64,000 nucleotides of DNA, from NCBI RefSeq assembly GCF_037042905.1, contig NC_087251.1:46316001-46380000 (forward strand), written 5' to 3'. Made by a program: the position numbers and the translations under genes. Positions within the stretch are counted from its first letter, which is position 1. Each line of letters starts with the position of its first letter. Of the stretch, positions 1-11,900 are shown one piece after another. Source of the stretch: Lytechinus pictus (taxonomy: Eukaryota). The notes under the pieces are model-generated. The model was given only the letters and a program-made list of their open reading frames with translations. It searched no databases and was not told the DNA's origin.

Positions 1-404
1 TTGAATTCATATTTTTAGTGTAGGCCTAGGCCTAATCTTACGACAAAAAAGAAGGCTTCAAAAATATAAAGTGTCCGGACACCCGATCCCCCATCCTACA
101 TCATGGACATGGGTCATGGTCATGGGATAAAACTTCATTTCCGACATTTCTACGCTCTCGTTGTTATTTTTAAACAAGAATTCATCAAAAAAATTAGAAA
201 AATATTGTGAAAAGACGGAAGAGACTTGCCCGAACTTCGGGACGGTGAATAATAATACGTGTGAGGAAAAAGATACAAATCACCAATTTTGAGGATAACC
301 GGAAGATGGACACAGAGTGAAATACGGGTGAAGAGTAAGAAATTAAGCTATTTTACTTTCTCGTTATATTTTTTTCTATAATTTTTACAATAAATAACAT
401 TTCC

Positions 405-1720
405 ATCCCACCTTTGTCACTCGGAATATCCGATCGAGTTCACCGTCCGACGCGTCCTGAAGTTCAGGTAGGTGGAGCGTAGTGTAGCGGTAGTGAAGTG
501 GAGTGGAGCCTGCACGAACTTCCCCCGAGGTACGCTGCGCTAAACTACGTTGGCTCCACTCACGAATACATAGACTGAAGAGTTGTTGGCCCGTACCTAT
601 AGACAACGTATAGTTATAGTGAACTAACGTTTTATAGGTTGCAATTTAAGACTGTCTTTTTAAGCGAAATTTACAGTTTCATGGTTTCCATTAGCAGGGA
701 AATATAAATAATTTAAGACTTATTGCGTACCTTGGACCGGAGTAATTGAAAAAAAATCCTCTGGATGATTGAGAAATCTTTCATCTAAGACATTTTCACC
801 TAAGCTGACGGCTTTTCTTGCAAGTCGCCATCTTGAATGACGTCATTATCCTTATTAACTTTTTAATGTCTCGATATACTTGTACTTGTATATTTCCTTC
901 CTCCGGTCTTCGGAGATCGGCGGCAAGCCGCAGAGTTCAGGTCCTTTCTTGATGGTGCTGTCGACATAGGTGGATTTTTAAGATGTATCTTAGGCAGTGA
1001 CATGTCAGAGAGGAAGCAGAGGAGGAGGGCAGGGAGTGTGAGGGAAAGAGGATGAGGGGGTCATTTCCAGTATATCGAATGTCGTCTGCTACCTGTGATC
1101 GTAGCGGTTTAGCTCGCATGTGGAGCAGATCGTATGATATTGAAAGCGAAATAGATATCACATTCGTAAATTATTGATGCCCTCTCCGTTCGTTGGTAAA
1201 TACTTCATATTTTGGCTGCCATTTTGGGGGTGATTCTTGAGACCAAGACAAGTAAACATCGGTTAAGTACTATTTTATCTCATTTTAATCTATTTTTTCA
1301 AATTTCTTGATTCTTCACATTCTCAAGACATTATTTAGGTAGTATCTAAATCCTTAAGACTGTAAATTTGATTTTAAAAAAAATATTGAAGTCTGGATAG
1401 TACTAGTCGACCGAATTGATGACCGTGATAACACATGCGAGCTCACACTAACGTACTACCGTCGGTGAATGGGGATTATAGTGAAATGTCAGAAATTGTT
1501 AAGGAAATCTCCAGAAACGACGGTTATTCCTGAAACTTTGTGTAAATTAAGAATATTAGTTTTAATCATTCTTAAAGATCGTGATGTTGCATGAATTTTA
1601 TATTTTCCCCCCATAAAATCCCACCTTTGTCACTCGGAATATCAGAGCGAGTTCACGGGCTCGATGTTCGGGTAGGTGGAGCGTAGTGTAGCGGTAGTGA
1701 AGTGGAGTAGAGCCTGCATG
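405..1720. repeat. About 110-bp dispersed direct repeat (405-516 and 1619-1720)
   Basis: cccacctttgtcactcggaatatc...ggtaggtggagcgtagtgtagcggtagtgaagtggagt occurs twice. Confidence 0.85.
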
Positions 1721-2828
1721 AACATCGCTTGAGGTAGAATTTGCACAATTGTAAGCCAAAATTTTGTTTACCGGGCCGAGCGGCGCGAGTAGCCAGACAG
1801 GAGTCTCCTGGAGCTGGAGATTAGTGTCACTGACGTGCTTAATCTCCAAGGAGCTACAGTAGCCTGGAGGCTTCTGGAGAGTAGTTTTACTGACATAGGC
1901 TTACTCTCCATGAAGCCTGGGACGGGATGGCCATAGGCCCACACACACCGAGTATTTTGGAGACAACAATGTTGCTCCAAAATACTTGATTTCTTTAACT
2001 TATCACAAACTTATGTAAATGGAAAACAACTTTATTTCCTCCCATTAAGAACTAATAAACTTCTTTTTACATGAAAAATAATATAAAAATTAAGAAAAAT
2101 CATGTACATGTAAGAAGATGAGCAGATACTCACAGATATTATTGTCGCCATCTTGCCATCTTTGTTATCGTAGCCTAGCTACAAGACGCGTATAAGAGAG
2201 GGCAACAATATCATGAGCAGTGCCAATTTAAATTGACAGAAATAACTTCCATCGGCCGACAAATATCATGAATCGTAAAATGCTTGCATTGGCCAACAAA
2301 TATCATATTTCATGATTTTTTAACCATATGATTATGTAGGAAAGCTGCTTGCATATGATGTCACAAATCAAATACTTAAAATTCTAATAACTTTTTATTC
2401 TTTGATGGATTATTTTCTCAAACCTTCGCCAATATTTTTTATTTTTCTTCTATTTTTTACAATAAAGTTATGTCGGTGAACTTCTCCTTTATATTTGCTT
2501 GTAAAATGATGAGTTTGTGATGCTTGTTTAACAGCTGGATTTATTAGCTCTTCTTTATAGTCATGAGCAGGATGTGCCTACTTAGTATGCCAACTTTGTT
2601 GTAATACCGGTAATTTGATGACTCCTTGTTGATTTCTAATACTTTTTTTGCCACATTTGCACAATACTGTTAGGGTACATCAGTAACTATTTTGCTTCCC
2701 ATTCGTTCTCGTGTGTGAACTGCTCTTGATACACCTAAGTCCAAGACAAGAAAATATCAAGCATGTTGATTTTTTTGTAGCAAACAGGATCTTCATTCAT
2801 GTTTTATTACCTTTTATTTTTGTAATAG

Positions 2829-2910
2829 CGGCATCAGGCGACCTGTACCCAAGTATCAGCATTACATTGATCACTTTGAGGAACTCTACAGGCAAAGCCC
2901 TCTTGCAAAG
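2829..2910 (+). CDS. MIS18BP1: M18BP1 exon (GIRRPVPK...SPLAK)
   Basis: Pyrimidine tract plus TAG acceptor, AAG|GTAGGT donor, open frame in phase with the next exon. Confidence 0.65.
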
Positions 2911-5900
2911 GTAGGTGAAAGTCCTATTTCCATAAACAATGCCCTCTATGTTTCTATGCAAGCAGGAAGAAACGTACCTGTAGGTATTTCAGTTTCACTT
3001 ATAGATTTAGATCGATTTGTGTCATTTTATCAAGCATCTTATTTTTACTCAATTTTACCTAAGTAAACTGATGTCTGAAAAATACAATTTTTTTGCAAAT
3101 TTCTTATTAATGAAGTTCATATTTTCATAGAATTAGGAAAGTTCAAAATCATTTGTTGTGTTCTGTTCATGGATCCTGTGCTTTCTCACTTTTCTTTCGG
3201 CACGCCAGGTGATTGACCAAAATGCCTCTTCTGTTCCTTCAAAACGCAACGCCGACAGTTCCTTCTCGGGCAGCGCACCTGGGTCCTTCAAGGTTCCGTT
3301 GACGTCCCCCGTGTACAAGATCAAGAAGCCGGTTCCGGTGTCGGTGGGTGCTTTTGTCATGTCTCCTGTCGCGCAGCTTGTCCAACAGATGCAGTCGACG
3401 GCTGGGGTCTCGCAATGCAAGAAAAGGCATGAAACTGCCAGTCCTATTGAGAAGCGATTGTCTTCTGATTCTGACCGTATTCAGGTTGGAGAGCAGCATG
3501 ACTTGGAAAAGAGTGGTTTACCCCAGGTGTGTAATGTTCACATATTTTATTGTTAGCGTTTTCTTTTCTAAGATGAAGTTCGCTTTGCTCTTTGCTTAAT
3601 TTCTTTACCATTGAAGTTGCTGACTTGTGTGTATCTATTGTTGTCAAGCTTTCAAAATTGTTTAAAGTATATCTCTCCAAAATTTTCCTTTTTGGCCAAT
3701 ATATTTATTTGTTGGAATATGTTGGTAATGAAAAGTGTCCAAGTTGTCATTGTCTACTCCAGTGTAAAATTTTCACAGGGGCTCAGGGCTAATTGGCCCC
3801 TGAAATGCCCCTAACAGCCCAAGGGTCTGTTATATTAGGGACTTGTATTTGATGTTTTAGTTGCGTTTAAACACAACTTTTTCTGCTACAGTCCCCTGGA
3901 AAACTAAAAAGGAGCCCCTGGAAATTTCCAGAGTCAACTGTAAACTGCTTTGTAAGTTTGTAATTACTGGAATATATATTTATTTTGGTTAGCAAAAATA
4001 GGCAAACATTTGTCAAGATTTGTTTATGTTGACAGAAGCGATATATTTTTTTTCTTTGGAAATTTGTAGTTGTCTCAAGAGGGAGCCCTATTTTTCGGAG
4101 CCCTAATAGTTTATCCCCGGAATTATTTAGAATAATTTTTTTGCGTGGTCTAGTCTACCTGTGTTTGTTTGTATTTTTATATATATATATTTTTTTTTTG
4201 GGGGGGGGGTTTGGAACCTACTTCCCAACCCGCAGTGAAAAGGGATTTTCCAGGGCTCTTTTGAGTTTTGAACATTTCGGGGGGGGGGGGGGGTAAAATG
4301 GCCCTGAACCTCCTTATAAATTTGTCTGTTTTGTTTTTGTTTTCTTTGCAGCCTGAATGTTTTCAGGAAGTAGAGTCTCCTGCAGAGCTTGAAGCAGGGG
4401 TGCCATCGCCAGGAGCCGATGATGAAGAGGAGAACGTTTCACTTCATGAGAGTGAAAACAATGAAAAAAGGACTGAACAGATGGGAGAAGAAGATGATAC
4501 TGAAATGAAAGGCTTGGGTAAGTGGTGCTGTAAATAGATCTGCACTTGGATTTGTGGCCCAGTTCAAAGTCCAAATGTTCATAACCCTTCGGGGTAAAAA
4601 AAGGCATTGTAGTAACAATCAAGTAGAAAATGAGTGAGATCTAGGGCTCACTGCAGAAAGATTGCAATTAAACACAACTCCAAAAATCATACAAAACTAG
4701 ATTCTAAACCAATAATAGCATGCTATTGTGAATTGCATTTAAACCCAACTCATTCTGCAACAGGCCCCTTATATTATATGACATTCGCGGTGTCGTGAAT
4801 GTATGCGCTATTGCGCTCATTTTTTCAGACATGATATAGTATATATTTAGCTGTAAAATGATACCAGCTTCATGACATTATCTTTCTATTCAACTGAGAC
4901 ATCGTATGTTAAAACCAAATCAAAACCACCTTTTTGTGGGGCGAGTTCAAGACACATGGCCATATGTCATTGGTCAATGAAGTATCTGCAAAAAAAAGAT
5001 GTAATAGCATTAGAGTTCTATGAATTTAAGGAAATGTCATCGCACCCTTCAATAGAGATAAGATGTGGTTATTGCACAGACCAGTAGAGTACTCTTAAAT
5101 GAAATGCCTGGGTATATAATACGGTGCATTGATATTTGGGGGGCGATTTCATAATCATAGAATTGAAAATCAGATCGTAGTATGACTATCATGCATTTTA
5201 GAATTTACATATATATTTGTACTCTCCAGTCCTCCTCACACTCATGCGATGAACCTGTCACTGGAACAGGCCCATCTCAAATTCAAGAGAAAGGAGAAAA
5301 TCACTGGGGATTAAAGAATTTGAGCTAGGTTTGTTTGGAGGCAGTTTCAAAATCACTGAATTGAAAATTAAAAATTTCTAGCTTGAAAAGCAATTTAAAA
5401 AAGTAATGCTTATTTATGATCTGTCTTCCTTTTCAGATTCATGCGATAAACAAGTCATTGAAGCGAAAAGCATCTCAAACCCAGGAGAAAGGAGAAAATC
5501 ACAGAGGATTAAAGACAAAACTGACAAGTCTAGCAGTGATGTCGAGCATAGTAACAGTGGTAGCTGTGATGATGTAGTCAGGAAAGGCAAAGTGAGTAAT
5601 AATGATAATTATAATGATGATGATAATATATAGCGCCATCTATTACTACACCCAGCTTTAGCTGGAGCTGCCATTTCCAAGTCTGTATTCAACTTCAACG
5701 AACTAATCTTGCCTGGTACCCTTTCACCTCACCTGGGTTGAGTGCAGCACAATGTGGGTAATTGTCATGCTGAATGAAAAACATTTTGAAAGACAAAGAT
5801 CAAAACCACTAGACCACAACATTCCCACATAAGTAAGCTTTGGATTGTTTCTGAAAGCCTGATATATTGATCGTAATATACTTACAGTATACCTCTATTT

Positions 5901-8900
5901 TGGAATATCTATAGAGAAAACTATAAGAATTGACACTTAAAACCCTATACCGGCTGCACAAAAATGCTGTTAGCGCTAGCAGAGCCCAACCAGTAGGCCC
6001 AGTCACATCTTTTGGATTGTGATGTCAAACATTTATCCAATAATGCACAGTTGTGACATGAGTATTGCTGTAACATTGCCAGTTGTGAGGGCATTGCTAG
6101 GGCTAACAATGTTTCTGTGTGGCCGATACTTGTGGAGAGTGGGAAATACTTATGGGATAGATTGCTTTAAATTATATTACTTTGGTCACATAATCAATGA
6201 TGACAAATCTCTGCGCAAATATGAAAGAGATTCACACATTACAAGAAAGGGTGTTGCCATCCTCACAGCCAGCATCCAGCCACACTTGTACATGTACATT
6301 GTGGTTCTTGTTGTGACCGAATCTCTTCATGTATTCATATTTTCCTTATCTGAGATTTGTGACCATTTCAAGAGAGATTAACCTCAGACGTCTTCCAGAA
6401 TCACTGGATTTATTTTGTCTGCAACAGTCCTGACGATATCCCTCAGAAGTGCAAGGCATTTGTTGTTGTTGTTGTTGAAATATTGCTGTAGAAAAACTGT
6501 TAGTAATAGGGGACTCATGAGGGCAGCACAGGGGCACTTTTTCACCGTAGAATCAGGATTGAAAACGTGTCTTTGAAAGACGTTTCTGCAGAAACACGGT
6601 TGCGTTTAGTCAAAAGTGAAAGTAAAATGTTTCAAATCACAAACCTGAAATGTGTGGGAAAAATGTGGTGTGTTGACAGATGTTTCTGCAGAAAAACATT
6701 TGAAAAGGGTTGACTAAACTTAACAGTGATATGAAAACTGATTCTATATCGTCAATGTGTCAGCCTACATCCTTGTCCATGCCAAACTGCGCTGTGCCAG
6801 TTGCATTCTTCGCCTTTGATTCCACTTGACAGAAGCTGTATGTATTGAAAATCAACGTTGTTTATCTTCTACAATATCAAAACCTGTGTTGAAGTTGACC
6901 TATAATGTTTGAATATGTGCACATGTTCTTTTTCTTCTTCCCCTTTGATATTGTGATCAGAAGTCAGTTACAGACCTTGACCAGTGGATCATAAAATGGA
7001 TTGGGTCAGGATTCAAGCATATAGCAGTTGAAGGGCATAGATTGTGAGTAGCACCAGTTTCAAGATTGTTCATAATCCTAAACATTTTTTCATTTCATTT
7101 CATTTTCAACAAAATATAAATCAAATAAATACAATCATAACAAGTCAACATCATAAAAAGATATACCAAGGTCATAAAATCAACTTGAAAAAGACATGTT
7201 ATAAGAAAGTTACATACAAAATAATCATGTTTAATTAAGGGATTTGTGATTTATAATTTGTGAAAATGGAGGATCCCACTAAAAAGCAAAGCTTGTTTAT
7301 TGTGGGCTCCTCAAAATATGACAAGCGAGAAATAAATTTTATATATACAAATCAAAATATAAACCATGATTACCAACAGGAGACATCATTAAAAGAAAAT
7401 ATTAAATAACCATTATATACGAAAATTACGCAAAAAACTCAGGAATGAGAAACAGTATAGAAAGAAAGCGGATGAATGAGAGAGAGGGAGGAAGGGGGGT
7501 GAGGAATGAATGTGAGAACTGCATATGAACTACAGAGAGAGGAGTGTAGACAAACAGAAGCAAAGTAGCGCATGAGTGAAAAGGAACGGTGAATAAAGAT
7601 TAAAAATCTGTGATGTATTTTTTAGACGTGATTATAGGATTTCAGTAAGAAAGATTTTAACTTTCTTTTAAAAGTTAAACATTAACCCCGGCGGGGACTA
7701 CACAGTGAGGTCTCTGTCTCTGAAATAGCATAACAACCAATAAAAAGAGTCCAACAGTTCGACTGGAAAGGTGAAATATTCCAAATGCTATTATGTGTTT
7801 TATCTTTATTTTCTGGGAACTGCTTCTCACAAGTTTTCAATGGTTATTTTTAATTTGTGTATCATTCTTATGCTGAAAAAAGAAAATTCAATAAATGATT
7901 CCCCTTCTCTTTCATGACACAGAGAGGACCCAGAAGGCTCATTTTGGCACAGTACAGCTATCGTGAAACGGGTTTCCCCCTGCCTTGTGGAAACGTCCTC
8001 AGGATCACAATACCGTCTCCATGGAAACTTCAATAAACTCTTAGCATTGGATCAAGGTAGTTTTTCTGCCATTTTTTTTTCCTACAAATTTATACTCTAC
8101 TGTAGTTTATTCCAATATTGTATTTATTTGAATAAATGGAATGAATAAATTGTGACAAGCAGTGAAAGTTCAAATGCAGTCTCCATTAATGTAAATTAGA
8201 GTTATCTCTCCTTAAAATCACCATTTGTTTAAAGTTATTTTGCTGAAATAGATCTATAAATATTGAAATATTTTGAAATTCCATTTCCATCAAGGAAATA
8301 CCTAATGAATAGTGAACATTTTCTACCTCCATGATAGCATCGGATCACCCTTTTTCTACCGCCTTTGTTTTATATATATATATAGATATATATCTTTTTA
8401 TGAAATTTGGAAAAACTATAGAATGCTCTTATTTTTCTTGTAATTTCAAATAAATTTTCACTGTTGCATTCATTTGATTTTACCTACTTATCAAAATAAA
8501 TTTTGGCATTAACTTTTACTGTCTCAAAAGTTTTTTTTTTAAAATGGATATTATATATTTAAAGTTAATTTTCTTTCAATCAGTAAGTTTGTACATGGAT
8601 TGCAATATGCCCCCTCCTTCCTCTGAGCTTTTTATTAAATTTATAGAGTGGTATTTGAAGCTCACCAACTGTTTATAGTAAGATAAAGATCATGAAGGGC
8701 ATCTGTTTCCCTCACTGTCAAATGTAGGATTTTCCAAGAAGTTAGTTCATCGTTTTCGGAAAGGATTCCCAGGACATTGGAAAGCCTGTTTAAAGCAAGA
8801 AGCATTGGAGCAGTCAGGAGGGTGAGTGTCAATCGCAACCCCACGATGCCCCACATCGTGGTCTAGTGCAGTGCTTCTCAACCGGTGGGCCGCGAAGCTC

Positions 8901-11900
8901 TCTCAGGTGGGCCGCGAGAAGTTCAAGAGAAGAAAAAAAATAGGGGGGGAATCATGGTATATTTAACATGTTCTATTTAATGTCCAAAAATGGTATGTTT
9001 GATCGGTCTCCATGGGTCAAACAAAGCTAAAGGCACGCCTAGAGGTAGCATGTTGTGATATACATCAGAGATGCCACTTTTCCGTATTTATACGGAATTC
9101 CGGCTTTTTTCCTGCTATCTGTCTTATTTCCGTATTTCCGTTTTCTGTGTATTAAAAAAAACGGAAAGTCCTCCTTTTTTTCGCCCTATCTCTCCCGATT
9201 GCGATGCATGTCGATAGACCGAGTGAGAGATATTTCCCCGAGATATTTGCTTTTATACAGTACATAATTTATAAACGCGCGCACTGCCTACTACGTTCAT
9301 TGAGTTATGCTTTTATCAAGGCTTTCTGATTAGAATTATCGATATCCTGGCCAATCAATGCGAGCGACAAGTTCCGAACGCATGCACATAGACAAGCGCA
9401 AAGTAGCGGCATGAATCGCGTTATATTAGCGACTGGTAAATACGTCTGTACAGATGATGACGTCATCCAAGATGGCAACTTACGATGACCAACGAAGGAA
9501 TCGAGGATGACTAAGTTTTGATCATCATTTGAAAGGAATTAGCGGTAACTGCGGTCTAAGGTACGATGTTTCTGAATTTTATATATTTTCTCGTAAGTTT
9601 GGATGTAATTATTTTTTTATAATGTTACATTTTATGTACCAAAAACGATCCGAAAATCGGGTTTCCGCCGAATGTTAGATCTAACATTACTGCTGCATGC
9701 TGATACGGAACCCAGGGAGCTCGGGCCCGGAAAGCGGGCCGGAGCTCCCTGGGTTAGCTGATAGGTTGTCTTTATGTACGGGCCAACAACTCTTCAGTCT
9801 ATGTATTGGTGAGTGGAGCCAACGCGGTTCAGCTGAACAACCAAAATACAGAGACTGAAGCTTTTGGTCTAGCGTTCTATGAGAAACACACAACTAACTA
9901 CCGTCAGTTTTTCAAACCTAATTGACTTCAGTCATCGATCACAACAAGGTAAGAAGCCACTTGGTCCCCCCCCCTCCCCTAAATTTGAGGTGGGGGCGGA
10001 CCCCCCCCTCCTAATTTTTTTTTTTTTTTTTTTGCTTGTCCAATTTTTTACCTGTGACATGTGTCCATCCCAAAATTAAAGGTTGACCCCCCTAAAAAAA
10101 AAAATTCTTGGACACTATCCCGGCCCGCGATAAGTTTCAGTATTTTTGGAGGACACCTAGTGGCATCCCTGATACATACACATTGTATGATGGTTTCGAT
10201 TTAACTTTGATGTGAACATCAGGCCTCATTTGCATGCATACTGTGTGTGTAGTTAATTATCGCCCATTCACCGGACCTTTGCAAATGCATTTATTTCTCA
10301 AACTGATTGCTTCGAATGTGCTTAAGAGCTTTATTTTCAAATTTCACGAAACATGCTTTCATCAAAATGAACCGTGTTTTAAAGCGAAAGGGTGAGGGAG
10401 GAAACAAATCTACTGTTGAAAGGTCTCAGAAGGTAACTAAGAAAATATGACCCTGAATACATTAAATTTGGATTTATCATATTCTGCGCAGTGATGCAAA
10501 ACCAAAAGCAATGTGTGTCGAATGTGCTGAAGTTTTGTCAAATAAGAAAAAGGCGCTTAAACCGTCAGAGCTTCAGAGACACCTAAACATAAAACATCCA
10601 AAGAGTGCAGGAAAGTCAAAAGAGTGTTTCGAGAGGAAAAAGGCTAGATTTAATTCACAGCAGAACACTTGCGTACAGAGAGGGGGGGCTCTTGGCCCCA
10701 AATATTTCATGACCAAGAAAAAAAAAGAGAATAGGAAAGAAAAGAAAAGAAAAGGGATAAGGGAGAAATATTATATTAATTTTTTTAATAATGTGTTAAA
10801 ATCTATCACAAACTTGGATTTTGGTAATAAAAATGTCGAAATTTTTGCTTGCTTGCTTGCAATGCTCGCTCGCAACATTTTATCAATTGTACGCAATATC
10901 AAGCCCCCTCAATTATTTGGCTCATTACGCCACTGCAGCAGAAGATCATAAAGTTACGCACTAATATGCTCTTTATAATTGTCGAGACAATCTTTGAGTC
11001 GAGACAATTAGTCATATCCTTTTTTTTTAAGTTTGCTAGGCGGGCCTCGAAAAAAATCTGAGCGTCAAAGTGGTCCTCGAGTAAAAAAAGGTTGAGAAGC
11101 ACTAGTCTAGTGGTTATGAATCAGAGGGACATGGGTTCAAATCCAAGTCATGGCATGTTTTCCGTCATCAAGAAATTTACCCACATTGTGCTGCACTCAA
11201 ATCAGGTCGGGTGAATGGGTACCCAGCAGGATTAATTCCTTGAATGCACTGAGCGCTGGAAGGCAGCTCGAGCTAAAGCCAGGGGTAGTAGTAGTAGTAG
11301 TAGTGCACCTTGGAATCGATTATTTCTAGATAGATGGTGCTATATAAATGCCTATTTTCAATATAGTGTCATTGTAGCAGGCATTTCTTTGGTTTTTATT
11401 CACTGTGTCAACAAGTAGTTGGAAGACAACAAAAACTATACTCTTGAAAAATTAGAAGCCTACAAACTACGACAATTGATAAATATAAATCTTTGTAATG
11501 CAGGGGTGATATTCCTACGATTTAAATCGAATTTCCGATTTTTTTTTCCAGCTAGGCATATGATTTTTTCCTTCATTTTTGCCCAATTTTGAAAATCCAA
11601 GCTTTTTTCAGATTTTTTCTCTGATTTGGTATTTTTAGCGCTAACATACATATTGCACCGCGTGGCTCTAATAATTGGTAATTTCAGCACCGCAATGATT
11701 CCGACCGGACCCCTGAGCTGAGCTAGCTGCATACCCGGGCCGCTGTTGCCGGGCTCTAGCGGGCGTGTATAGCGCAGCTAGCATCTTGGTGTGTACAAAT
11801 GTTCGTTCGCGGGTCGCGATACGAATATTGTTGATTGGTAACCTTGTGAGTTTTCTTTCAAGGGGAATTTGGGCAGTTGCAGGCATCAAACTTTCCTTAT

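Larger units (their letters stand above)
8869..11104 (+). mobile_element. Non-autonomous hAT (Charlie/Buster-like) element with a BED zinc-finger transposase remnant
   Basis: TIR CAGTGCTTCTCAACC / GGTTGAGAAGCACTA, perfect 8-bp TSD GTCTAGTG (8861-8868, 11105-11112); remnant KYDPEYIKFGF..CVECAEVLSN..LKPSELQRHLNIKHP near 10440-10660. Confidence 0.88.

Noticed and set aside
10511..10951. 146-aa ORF as a domesticated ZBED gene
   Set aside because: Only a BED-finger remnant inside a TIR/TSD-bounded element, broken by a nested MITE; no catalytic domain.
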